Below are positions 30,401 through 39,398 of a stretch of 64,000 bases of DNA, one piece after another. The position numbers and the translations under genes were made by a program. How positions within the stretch are numbered: position 1 is the first letter of the stretch; every line of letters starts with the position of its first letter. The notes beneath the pieces are model-generated. The model saw nothing but the letters and a program-made list of their open reading frames with translations, was not told the DNA's origin and ran no database searches. The stretch is from Promethearchaeota archaeon. GTDB taxonomy: Archaea > Asgardarchaeota > Heimdallarchaeia > Hodarchaeales > Hodarchaeaceae. Location of the stretch: NCBI GenBank assembly GCA_048938105.1, contig JBHLMN010000014.1, positions 32,001 through 96,000 on the forward strand. Direction: 5' to 3'.

Positions 30401-32557
30401 TGGCCGTGGATTATCAATAGAGGCATTTACATAAACATTAGCAAGAGCTACTCCATCTTCATCTCGAACTTTATATGTAATAATAAGGTCATCCCCCCGG
30501 CGAATAGTGGTATCTCCAGATTCATTCGTGGTTGAGAGAGTGATTGAACAGATATTAAACTTGGGATCAATGGATAAATATTCAGACAGCTCTGAGAGCC
30601 AAGTTTTATCGAAATCTTCGAATGAACCATAACCTTTGTGTTGGTCTCCAATCCATCTCACATTTGAATCATTTTCAAAGTCAACAGTCAAATTTAGTTT
30701 AACTGTTTGCACAATTTCTGGAGTCAGTAGGTAAGTCGTCTTCACTATTAGTTTAATCATCCCTTCACTATCTGTATAATAATAACCATTACCCACGGGA
30801 TTATTTAATGTCATAAGATCTAAGGAGACACCAGGAATAGGCTCATCTAATGTGATATTGACTGGAACACCTGCAAAAGTGTTTGTTCCAGGTGAATCAC
30901 CGTCTTTCCTGACTTCATAATGCAGTTCTGCAGTTTCCCCTGGTCGAACACTTGTAGTATTACTCCACTGACAATCAATTGTACCTATCCAGAAATCAGG
31001 ATCAATTGTGATCATTTGAGATTTTTTAAAGATTTTTCCACCAGTATCGTTTTCTAAAAATCGATGAGGTTCACTAGGAGGATAAGTGGGAGGTGCATTA
31101 CTTTGAAGATCTGCCTGTACAATAATATTTGGGGTCTTACTTTGATAGGGGATTGGAAATCCAGCAGTGATATTAAATTTGACTTCTCCGTTTGAATCTG
31201 TAAGGTACCAACCAGGTGTACCATTAGTAATAGCACCAAATCCAGATGTTAAGTTGACCCATACTTCCTGAATATCTAAGGCAGCATTGATTGGGAGGTT
31301 TGAAAGAGGATATATACTCCATATACCCCCGTATGCAAATTGAGCTTGTATTTTTACAGTTACAATTGTTTTATTTGCATTTGGAGGATTTATTTCAGCA
31401 GGTTCAGCTGAAATTTCAACTAAGCTTTCTATAACACGGTCAGGAGTGTTTTCAACTGTAAAATTGGCTCTAATACTAACAATTTTTTCATAACCAGCGG
31501 CATAGAAATTTGTCTCCGTAAAATCTGCTGTTATATTAAACGAGTACTCCCCCTCTGGAGTAGTTAAATAAGTGGTATCTACAAATAATCTAATTTCACC
31601 ATTAGTATCAGTCTTGTTATCGGGAGCTAGTAGATCAGCGTGTATATCATAAGTAGCAGGGTTTATTTCTACTTCAGGAATATGACTTTTATTGTAGAGA
31701 TTATTAATCGTGACTGTAACATTATCTATAAGATAGGTTCCTGATTGTGCTCTGAGTATAGCAGTGGCGTTTTCTCCAGAGCGGAAAATATATTCACTAC
31801 TTGCATCATTTATAAATCCGTCAGATGTGAAGTCAGCAACCGCGCTTAGTTTGAAGGTGTCAATATAATAAAGGAACGTTCCAATCCTCGAGGTTGCGTT
31901 TTTCGCAGGGTAACACTGGAAGATATCGACATCATCGCCGGAAGAAATCCCCATAGCTTCTAAACTGGTCATATTTGGAATTATAAATGTTGTATCGATC
32001 CATCCATGGCTTGGATCCGTCGAATAAGACGCTGTTCCAGCAGGGGTTCCATTTGTAGTTGCCTGATGGACATAATATGAGGAAGATGTTGGGTTTGGGT
32101 CAGAGTTATTACCTTCATTAATCATTGTTTGAACTTCAACACTAGCTTCGAACAATAAAATGTAAATCACTTGTTGGACAATAGCTAGCTCTGTTGCAGG
32201 GATCGTGAAACGATTTCTTATTCTGATACTGCTTTCAGGGAAATATTGATCTGGTCCATCAACTATTTCGTTTATACTACCTCGTGGAGCTTCTGATGGG
32301 GGAATTATGCCAGTACGTGGAATATCTGTTGATGAAGGTATGTTCTTACGTAATGGTTTAACACCCTCTATACTTGTGGAAGAATATTGAGTATTCAGAC
32401 TATAAAATTGGATAAAGTAAGCCAATCCATGTACAGAAAAGGCAAATATTAAAACTACTAAAAGAAGGAGTGTTGTACCATTCCGAATTTCTTTCACTTT
32501 AATTCCACCAAAAGGATTGTCCTCTGTTATTTTGAGAACGACAACATTCCCATTCAT
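27440..32557 (-). CDS. Very large (1705 aa) cell-surface protein with tandem Ig-like repeats, signal anchor and C-terminal TM
   Basis: Repeated TDxxGxxxF and ADFENDS units, D..KP/P/EP Ig-like starts, many N-x-S/T sequons. Confidence 0.85.
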   Translation of the reverse strand: MNGNVVVLKITEDNPFGGIKVKEIRNGTTLLLLVVLIFAFSVHGLAYFIQFYSLNTQYSSTSIEGVKPLRKNIPSSTDIPRTGIIPPSEAPRGSINEIVDGPDQYFPESSIRIRNRFTIPATELAIVQQVIYILLFEASVEVQTMINEGNNSDPNPTSSSYYVHQATTNGTPAGTASYSTDPSHGWIDTTFIIPNMTSLEAMGISSGDDVDIFQCYPAKNATSRIGTFLYYIDTFKLSAVADFTSDGFINDASSEYIFRSGENATAILRAQSGTYLIDNVTVTINNLYNKSHIPEVEINPATYDIHADLLAPDNKTDTNGEIRLFVDTTYLTTPEGEYSFNITADFTETNFYAAGYEKIVSIRANFTVENTPDRVIESLVEISAEPAEINPPNANKTIVTVKIQAQFAYGGIWSIYPLSNLPINAALDIQEVWVNLTSGFGAITNGTPGWYLTDSNGEVKFNITAGFPIPYQSKTPNIIVQADLQSNAPPTYPPSEPHRFLENDTGGKIFKKSQMITIDPDFWIGTIDCQWSNTTSVRPGETAELHYEVRKDGDSPGTNTFAGVPVNITLDEPIPGVSLDLMTLNNPVGNGYYYTDSEGMIKLIVKTTYLLTPEIVQTVKLNLTVDFENDSNVRWIGDQHKGYGSFEDFDKTWLSELSEYLSIDPKFNICSITLSTTNESGDTTIRRGDDLIITYKVRDEDGVALANVYVNASIDNPRPGVSLAIHPDHAADKDPLRLYYNTSSSGEIKFILSTDSTIPKLTDIKLRATADFENDSHNKWYVGSKGIRSDFRSNSSYSVSTRTIRVDPQYFIGYIYVPKDNLPDNLVQQNETLEIEFRLQLREYPDGDWITPPAILIDGVNISILINGQYPADLNMEVTPARSQYSDNSSVTFYILTNATGLTPEGDYTIEARAEFGDAQGLIYNFTHDTVPSGHLSGIWVNGSIADTYSTTSHTFEVKNIDKIEVTIPTDGVTDPYHTDVGFNSDTGVFEVYRGTTNITVEGTYKDSTQDPVQYETIEIRVNYTSNGERVFLTNAVTDALGSFSVVVNLPPNTPLKDNIMIYGEDPTPPTPREGRQGYDLIRVVTTINLNDYTLSNFNGSSVFVGSNVTVSGTLTDNLGLPIDSSSPIFSDSYSELNDRIRVVGWNGTHEIGMNLNASPNVDGTYSLYYIIPHDYNVDRLYIRLNITSPGLVHYRVNHTEELIYVYWDFQIGYFQIYFPFNFTTTNLTSGGNYVVTGINNRDITIRGTLQSSTERSLNGKWINPMWDGSSDLQSVDPAGDFSLDYSFTGWENDTWVWQLYHFLDNGTILSKYYEITLQWKVYDETKPIIDITSPITSNGIALLPQNDVTQITASIIDPGPTSGFVSGGLDNLSVTIWINGISDAMDQDPINGYIFTYDWDTSKDIEDITYNITVSAFDLANNWNKSEIKIIIDIVEPMVTIEVPENNDGYIIVDLDTGYVSISGTIKDNQSETGWNTGVNSSSVRLFIINPVLNDIKINTSMSISDNNFEYEWEILIDKDNLLRNDSFANAQNWKIRLTYSDLAGNDNYTDREVKLDYTPPKLDIVDELPDVVDENLVINITFSDQETGIFLDKLTLELLNSTGATLDTIKYEDANITKETNTEATIVLDISDLDEGKYSIKITIFDRTGNKKTVTSEPFSISRPGAQNPLGTLFLIVLSPILAFGGGIGLAALYERFKGIRGA

Positions 32558-32695
32558 TTCAAAATTTGAATGGCTTTAAGGGAAAGTATTCCGTAGGTTC
32601 ATTAATATTTGACTTTCTTTATTTATGTATCCGTTTAGAATATGTAGAAAAGAATATTTTTTTCAGGAAGAAAATTAATTATTTCTCGTGGGAAA

Positions 32696-33887
32696 TCAAT
32701 CGGACATCTCTCTTGGTTTTTCTATCATAATCAAGGATCCTCGGGCACTAATTCTACCAAGTTGGATAAATTTTGGAAGCGGTTTGAATTGGAGCGTCTG
32801 TCCATCAATGTTCATCAGAATTGCATACCCAGTAGACATACGACCCTTAATAAAATATTCGTTACCTTTGTATTTAACCTTATCAAACTTTCGGAAGCCA
32901 CAAATCTTACTGGTAGTAAGACATTGTTGACTACGAATCCCTTTGGTCTGTTGGTAATCCCCCGCTGCAACACATTTCTTTAAGAGAACTACTTCAGTTT
33001 TGAATTCAACAGTCTTGCCAAACTGATTTGCAATAGCAACTGCATCATAATAATGTTCTTTTGATAATTTCAAGTACTGTCGATAAGCTTTTGTAATATA
33101 TCCGAAAGTTTCAGTTACATTTACCCGTTTTAACAATTGACTTTGGATGTTATTCATTTGGGTTGCATGATTCAACTGTTTTTTACGTTTTCCATGTAAT
33201 TTATTTCTGACTTTATCTTGGATAACTTTAGGGCTATTATGAAGAGTTTTATGACAGGTTTGGCACATAGTAATTAGATTTTCTGGTTCATTACTGCCAT
33301 CATCCTTTCTATAAATGATGTGGTGACAACAGAGACGTCTATCTTTCGATTTTCCCTTACATTGCCAGCAAGTGTACTTATCACGATGGAGGACATATGC
33401 TTTAATATTTTCAAACTCATAATTAATTCCCTTTTGATAGAGCCATTTATTCTTTAGTACTACAGGATTTTTCAAGGCGTGAGGATCGAAGGTTGCAGTT
33501 TCAACAATAATATTACTAATTGGAACGCGGTTTTCTATAACGGGTTTTTCTAGTTCGGCGGTTTCGGCGGTATTTTGCCCTTCGATTCATTTTTCTCGTG
33601 ATGTCATCTCTCAATTCAACTTGACTCATATAGAAGACATTTCTATGTTCAATATCTACTACTGCTGAACCGAGTTTACGGCTTCCAGGGTCAATTCCTA
33701 GAACTAACGGTTGAATATATTCTGTTCTCGTCTTGTAAAGTAATTTAATTGTAAATGGTGTTTGATGTTTAACCTGTGCTTTCTCTTGTTTTAAGAGCAA
33801 GTGTGCGATAACGGGGCTACATGGCATTAATTGTCTACCATTCACATTAATAACATAAACTACCAATGTTTTTAACCTTTTATTCAA
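32696..33887 (-). pseudogene. iscB: IscB (OMEGA) RNA-guided nuclease, split by an internal deletion and frameshift near 33520
   Basis: QLMPC (PLMP domain), RuvC-I LGIDPGS, R-rich bridge helix, then in another frame PISNIIVETATFDPH, HNH (CCHH..N..NL..C..CH), RuvC-III HYYDAVAI. Confidence 0.92.
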
Positions 33888-34195
33888 CCATCTGAAAATT
33901 CAGATAGATCCTCCGTCAATAGTAAATGACGGGTAATGCGTATTCCTAGACTTTGACCATCTAGGAAATCCGACTTCACCTCGACAATGATAACCAGGCT
34001 TTTTACAGCTAAACCACCAGGCCATACCCTTAGACACTTTTTAAGTATAGCCGATAGAGCATCGATCTGGTGCGGCAATCGAAGGTATCCTGACCTGGTT
34101 ATCGGAGTCAGCATTTCTACTCACTAAGTCTGGTGAACTTGAACTTCCTTTTTTTGTGATATAGAAGTTCCATCTAGAAGGATGGGGTAGTTCAC
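33888..34195 (-). ncRNA. omegaRNA (HEARO-like) scaffold of IscB; guide would be the flank at ~34196-34215
   Basis: Begins GTGAACTACCCC...GTTCACCAGAC, contains CATTGTCGAG and several hairpins directly upstream of iscB. Confidence 0.85.
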
Positions 34196-34870
34196 TTATG
34201 TTTGCTTATTATTTCTCTGTTTCTTTATTGCTCGTATGATATCACAAATGATCACATGCTAATTGGGTTAATATTACTTGGTTTCTTACAATTATTTATT
34301 TACTCATGAAATATTAAATATTGATATTTTTCTTTATTTTTCCAATTTATTACTCTCTATTATTGTTATTTATAGTAATGATTCTAATTAAAAGCCTGGG
34401 GCTCTAAATTCTTAACTATCTAATATTTTTCTTATTGCTCCTTAATATAATACAGAGATTCCCCTTATATACTACTAAAATTTTACTGGGAAATCGAATA
34501 ATAGGACGTTGAATTAATTTTTAGTTCATTACTTATTATTAGGATACGTTTGCTTATTTTCTGAGACTCCTGTAAAATTCCCAAAAAGATTATTAAAGAG
34601 AATTTTTCTTAAACATGATATATATTTGTAAAAAATCAAGTAAATGTATAAATATAGATCAGTTTGAACTATTTGGGGTTAAAAAAAATATAATTATATT
34701 CATTTTCTAATGGAAGAGTTCTTCCTAAGAGACTACTTATGAAATGAAGTGACTTTCACCCGATCAGTTTTTATAGAAAGTATTTTTGAGTATAATCAAA
34801 TTCAATATTGTTGTAATACAAATTTATTTAATGAGTCTCTGATGGTCAGAAATCATAGAATTATGCTATT

Positions 34871-35635
34871 ATGGAGTTGGCCTTCATGCCATTATTCAAG
34901 GGAAGTAAAACAAAGAAAGCTCAAGAGGAATTCGATGAAGGAATGGTTTTTTATGAGTCCCAGCGGTATGAAGAGGCCTTGGAGAAGTTTAAAGCTTCAG
35001 CCAAGCTCTTTATAGGGGGAGATCAAAAAAAATTGAGTCAAAGAGCCGAAGCGTACCAATCTTGCGCCTTAGGCTATATAAATGTACTGAATATGAATTT
35101 TCTTGAGGCAATTAGGTGTTTTGGTAAGGCAAATGTGATTTTCTCAACTGAAGGATTTTTAGAGGAAGCAAAACAAGCTAGAACCATTCAAGCCCAAACA
35201 CAAGGTGAATTGGCCAAGACTAAAGCTAGAGACGGGGAGTTTATAGAATCAGCCCGATTATATGAATCTGCAGGTGCTCTTTACCAGACAACGGGGTTAG
35301 AGATGGAAGCAGCACGAGCACGCGCCCGATCGTTTGTACAGAGAGCAGCTGCAATGGAATCGAATTCTGATAAAGCTTATTATTTGGAAAAGGCAGTAGA
35401 AGAGTTCAAGAAAGGGCGGGAAGATCCAACACGATATGAAGCACATGCATTATATCAACGAGCAAGGGCCTTAATCAGTGCACGAGAAAACGTTAAAGAA
35501 GTAATTGACCTTCTAGCCAAAGCTCATGAGAAATACCATAAGGTGGGAAATGATTCACAAACGGAAAAGGTTAAACAATTACTGAAAGATTTAACAGAAC
35601 AGGTGAAAACTCGCCCAGCCGAGTTCGGGATATAA
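34871..35635 (+). CDS. TPR/SNAP-like alpha-solenoid protein (start possibly 34886)
   Basis: Repeated EA...F/Y..A...F/Y helix pairs. Confidence 0.8.
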   Translation: MELAFMPLFKGSKTKKAQEEFDEGMVFYESQRYEEALEKFKASAKLFIGGDQKKLSQRAEAYQSCALGYINVLNMNFLEAIRCFGKANVIFSTEGFLEEAKQARTIQAQTQGELAKTKARDGEFIESARLYESAGALYQTTGLEMEAARARARSFVQRAAAMESNSDKAYYLEKAVEEFKKGREDPTRYEAHALYQRARALISARENVKEVIDLLAKAHEKYHKVGNDSQTEKVKQLLKDLTEQVKTRPAEFGI

Positions 35636-35670
35636 TTATTAAATAAGCATCCTAAATTTATCTCAAGCCC

Positions 35671-35734
35671 AGCCAATGATGACAGCTTAGGGAACAGACT
35701 TCTTTCAATGATGAACGATGAGCGGTCTGAGGCT
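35671..35734 (+). ncRNA. Box C/D guide sRNA; D guide predicted to direct Cm at SSU rRNA C1402 (E. coli numbering)
   Basis: AGCC/GGCT terminal stem; C ATGATGA 35676, D' CAGA 35695, C' ATGATGA 35708, D CTGA 35727; two 12-nt guides. Confidence 0.9.
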
Positions 35735-35762
35735 TCTAAACTCTTTTTAGGATTTAATTACA

Positions 35763-36506
35763 ATGATGGTTACAGTTTTTCCTCTTCGGGATTTTCCTCT
35801 CATTAATCCAGGAGATGATCTTGAAAAGATTTTGATAACTGAATTACGAAAAATAGACTTGATTGATGACGATATTCTTGTCATTGCTCATACTATTGTA
35901 TCGAAAGCGGAAAATAATGTTTATAATCTTCATGAAGTGACTCCAAGCGCCTTTGCTCAACAAATCGCTGAATTACAAGATAAAGATCCAAGAAAAATTG
36001 AGGTTATCCTTCGTGAAAGCCGTGAAATCATTAGAATGAATGAACGAGTGTTGATAACTGCAACAAAACATGGCTTTGTCTGTGCTAATAGCGGAGTAGA
36101 TAAATCCAACATGCCTGGAGAAGCAGTCATATCCCTTCCTAATGACCCAGACCTATCAGCTCGGAGGATAAAAAAGCGTATTCTTTCAGAGTTGGGAAAG
36201 AATGTTGCTGTGATTATTTCTGACACGTTCGGCCGTCCTCTCCGAGTAGGAACTGTCAATGTTGCTATTGGTATCGCTGGAATTGATCCCATTGATGATT
36301 TAAGGGGACGAAAGGATCTTTTTGGCTATGAAATGCAATCCACATTTGTAGCTAGAGCAGATGAAGTTGCTGCCGCAGCAGGTTTAGTTATGGGCCAAAC
36401 AGATGAGGGAACACCTGCGATTATTGTCCGCGGGGTGGAATATACGCAAGCTGATGCTTATGCAACTAGTTTGAATAGAGATCCACAAACAGATGTGTTC
36501 CGTTAA
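35763..36506 (+). CDS. cofE: Coenzyme F420-0:L-glutamate ligase
   Basis: IVSKAE, CANSGVDKSN, ISDTFGRPLR.G, DLFG, DEVAAAA..VMGQ. Confidence 0.93.
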   Translation: MMVTVFPLRDFPLINPGDDLEKILITELRKIDLIDDDILVIAHTIVSKAENNVYNLHEVTPSAFAQQIAELQDKDPRKIEVILRESREIIRMNERVLITATKHGFVCANSGVDKSNMPGEAVISLPNDPDLSARRIKKRILSELGKNVAVIISDTFGRPLRVGTVNVAIGIAGIDPIDDLRGRKDLFGYEMQSTFVARADEVAAAAGLVMGQTDEGTPAIIVRGVEYTQADAYATSLNRDPQTDVFR

Positions 36507-36670
36507 GCGAGTAACCCAGATTTTTCTAATGGCTATTTTTCCTACATTTCCTTGTTATAATAGGAAGTAAGTAGATTGAATATTTATTCTAATCCAGCAC
36601 ATAAGAATAATTTTCTTGAGGAATTTAATTTAAATTAGCAATAAAAATCGATGAATCAAACCAGATCTGT

Positions 36671-36708
36671 GCGCTGATAGTCTAGTCTGGTAGGACTCCA
36701 GCTTCATT
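36671..36708 (+). tRNA. 5' half (nt 1-37) of a split / giant-intron tRNA with a Gly-type body
   Basis: GCGCTGA-TA-GTCT-AGTCTGGTA-GGAC-T-CCAGC-TTCATT; CCAGC is complementary to GCTGG at 39400, not to the adjacent tRNA. Confidence 0.8.
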
Positions 36709-36827
36709 AAAACTTACATAAAAAATTATTGAATGAGTCTCAATAATATGATTTGGACATGATGAGATAAAAAATACTATTAAATTGAAAAATCAAACAA
36801 AATAACACATACTTAATGAGCTTTAAT

Positions 36828-36901
36828 GCGCTGATAATCTAGTTTGGTTAGGATACTTGCCTCCCAAGCAAGCGACCCGGGTTCAAATCCCGGTCGGCGC
36901 A
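36828..36901 (+). tRNA. tRNA-Gly(CCC), intronless, nested between the two halves
   Basis: GCGCTGA/TCGGCGC-A acceptor, CTTGC-CTCCCAA-GCAAG, CCGGG-TTCAAAT-CCCGG. Confidence 0.96.
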
Positions 36902-36902
36902 C

Positions 36903-36907
36903 TTTTT
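36903..36907 (+). terminator. Oligo-T terminator after tRNA-Gly(CCC)
   Basis: TTTTT 2 nt after the discriminator base. Confidence 0.5.
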
Positions 36908-36968
36908 AAATAGTAGTAACATTTTAAGCTTAGAATTATTTATAACTAACCTTTTTGGAACTATATTT

Positions 36969-39116
36969 CTAGTAATATCCTCTCTTAGAGTGCTTCCATA
37001 GAGTATATAGATAAATATCTCGAAATAACGTTTCTTCGCCTGCATTAAAGTTTAAAATACTTATAAGTTCATTGATTTTCGTTCTTGTATTATTATCCAA
37101 TTCTCTCTTAAAACCAATAGCCTCTTCTCCATATTTATTTAGGATTTCGGTTACATGGGTCACTAAGATGTCAGAATTTTTGATATTTCGTTTGAATAAG
37201 CCATGACGAATCGCAGATGTAACTTCCATTAAACGGCCAAGCTTATAATCACTCTCTCCCCAATAACTGAGAATTAGGATGTTAAAATCCTTTTGTTCAT
37301 TAATAAAACAATTTGAAACACTTCCTTTTGGTATAAATTCAACTTGTAAATTCTTTACTTTACCTGATGTCAAGTCATAATTACCTAATGTTTTTAATTC
37401 ATCAAATAAGAAAGTAGAATCTCGAAGTTTTCCCTTCTTATTCCCTAATTCACGTATAAATTTCGTTTGAACGATTTCACAAGCTTTTTGATTAGCTCTA
37501 GTAATATTGTCAGGGAAAGTAATCAAATTCTTATGTGTTTTTATATATCCCCATTTTATTTCGGAAACTACTTTTAATGGGAGATCTAAGTTCCCTAACT
37601 GATTTCTTTCCTGTGTAAATAGTGTAATTCTAAGACGAATCTTTGGATCTTGAATGACAGCACCCACAAATGCTGGTAATCCTTTCGGATTATTTTCATC
37701 TAAAAATTCCTTGAGATTTCTATTAATTGGGCCAATATTCGGGAATTTCTCTGCCTGGTCAATGCTATAAATTATTCCAGAATAATGCAGATGCTTACTT
37801 TGTTTTCTTATTTTCTGAATTGCTCTTGCTAGATGCATTGGAGTTATTTTTGTTCTAACTTTGTTCCACCATTTATTAAAATCGGTTCTATCACTAGGAA
37901 ATTTATTCTGATTATTTATTTCTTTAGTGATAGCATCAATAAGTTTTGATCTATCCTGTAAATAAATTTTAGTGGAATTACAAATGTTCGGATAATAGAG
38001 TTCATCTGTAATAAAGATCACTCTTCTACCTTTATCTTCAAAAGATTTTACTATTTTTTGAACATTCTTATATCTAGATAGCCAATTTGGTTTTAAATCA
38101 TCAATATATTCCCAAAATTTAATTTCTAAGTAGTCATCAAGGAGTAACTCATCAAATTTAGGTCGATACACTTTTTTGAAGCCATTTCGAGCTTGCCATG
38201 ATTCTTCGGGATATCCAATGTCCATTGCTTTTAATTCAGCAATTATTTCGTCCATTAATGTGATTCTGATACTGCTTAGTTTTGGTTTATATGGATTGAT
38301 CGTTTCCATCAGGTAATCCATTATTTTTCTTCTTGCACCTGTTTTTTTAGCAAATAGAAAAGGCTTAATGCCATTCTTATTCCATGTAGATTTAGCATTA
38401 CGAATGTAATATGTTTCCCTTAACCCTGTAGATGGATTGACGATGTTAAGATCAATTAGACATTTTTTTCCAACAATTTTATTTCTAAGAATAAACCATT
38501 CTTCATAAAAGCCAGGAGTGAAACATGAGGTTCCAAGATCAATTTCAAAATCTTGAAACACTTTAAGACGTTCAAATTCGTCACTATTATAGCGAAATCT
38601 CCTTAGGGGAGCTCCATATATTTGTTGGATCTCGTTGTAAAGATACCACATATGAGATGTCGGAGCTATCTTTTCTTTCACAATCTCATTCCATTTCTGT
38701 GAAAACAGAAGGAAGTCTTTAAAATTCCCATGTTTTCGCCCCTGCTCTCCGTATTTCAGAGTTTCTATTAAATGTTTTTGATGAAACATATATTGAGTAT
38801 ATCTATGCTTGAATATTCTCATATTTACAAAGCTATTATCAATTTTTGAGGAGATCACATCATTATAATCATTAGCTTCCCCTTTTCGAATGAATTCTCT
38901 TATGATAGCGTATGACGAAGTAAATTCAGTACTAACAATTTCTTTGATAAGTGTTGGGTTATTCACCCACTTTCGCCATTTTCCACTTAAGTACATAGTA
39001 TGAGGAAGGATCAAATAGTCCAAAAGTTCAATAGTTTTCGTTTCTTCAGGGAATGGATCGTCAAAATACCCTGGTTGAGTTTTTTTTCTATCGTTAGTCA
39101 GCAATTGATCGTTCAC
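36969..39116 (-). CDS. Orphan 715-aa basic protein inside the split tRNA, paralog of 5041-6846
   Basis: Long intact ORF; motifs YEEW, STWNKNG, AVIQD, VSEIKWG, EIVQTKFIRELG, ILSYWG. Confidence 0.85.
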   Translation of the reverse strand: MNDQLLTNDRKKTQPGYFDDPFPEETKTIELLDYLILPHTMYLSGKWRKWVNNPTLIKEIVSTEFTSSYAIIREFIRKGEANDYNDVISSKIDNSFVNMRIFKHRYTQYMFHQKHLIETLKYGEQGRKHGNFKDFLLFSQKWNEIVKEKIAPTSHMWYLYNEIQQIYGAPLRRFRYNSDEFERLKVFQDFEIDLGTSCFTPGFYEEWFILRNKIVGKKCLIDLNIVNPSTGLRETYYIRNAKSTWNKNGIKPFLFAKKTGARRKIMDYLMETINPYKPKLSSIRITLMDEIIAELKAMDIGYPEESWQARNGFKKVYRPKFDELLLDDYLEIKFWEYIDDLKPNWLSRYKNVQKIVKSFEDKGRRVIFITDELYYPNICNSTKIYLQDRSKLIDAITKEINNQNKFPSDRTDFNKWWNKVRTKITPMHLARAIQKIRKQSKHLHYSGIIYSIDQAEKFPNIGPINRNLKEFLDENNPKGLPAFVGAVIQDPKIRLRITLFTQERNQLGNLDLPLKVVSEIKWGYIKTHKNLITFPDNITRANQKACEIVQTKFIRELGNKKGKLRDSTFLFDELKTLGNYDLTSGKVKNLQVEFIPKGSVSNCFINEQKDFNILILSYWGESDYKLGRLMEVTSAIRHGLFKRNIKNSDILVTHVTEILNKYGEEAIGFKRELDNNTRTKINELISILNFNAGEETLFRDIYLYTLWKHSKRGYY

Positions 39117-39398
39117 AATAAAGAATTCTCTTCCATCTTTTTTAAAACTATTATTCCCCTAATTACAAGTTATAAAATCTTTAATTCCTCTGTATTCGCC
39201 ATAATCTTAATGTTTTTTGATAATATTCCCTAGAGTGATGAGATATGGATTTTTTCAGAGCTTTATCATTTCACTTCATACTTTTGTCTTACTTTTATCT
39301 TCTTTTATTTCACTTAATTCTCTACTCTTAATTCTAGGACAAAAGGAGTTGTTATATTCATATCAAGATATATAAAACGATTCTAAGAACTTTGAAAT

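Larger units (their letters stand above)
32670..34195 (-). mobile_element. Non-autonomous IS200/IS605-superfamily IscB element without tnpA; downstream end approximate
   Basis: omegaRNA + iscB architecture. Confidence 0.75.

Noticed and set aside
33884-34114. 76-aa ORF upstream of iscB
   Set aside because: It overlaps the omegaRNA scaffold and has no TnpA HUH/Y1 motifs.
32678-34218. GAGAAATAAT on both sides of the IscB element as a target duplication
   Set aside because: IS200/IS605 elements do not make target duplications, the upstream copy does not abut the element end, and the sequence is low complexity.
36697-36708. Reading the 5' half as a UCA (opal/Sec) anticodon
   Set aside because: It requires shifting the stem by one base, which removes position 26 and breaks pairing with GCTGG; there is no long variable arm.
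36848-37045. 65-aa minus-strand ORF
   Set aside because: It is an antisense shadow of tRNA-Gly.
36760-39245. TGATGAGATA repeated near both ends of the spacer (C-box-like)
   Set aside because: A 10-nt repeat is expected by chance in 2.7 kb of AT-rich DNA, and no properly spaced D boxes follow.
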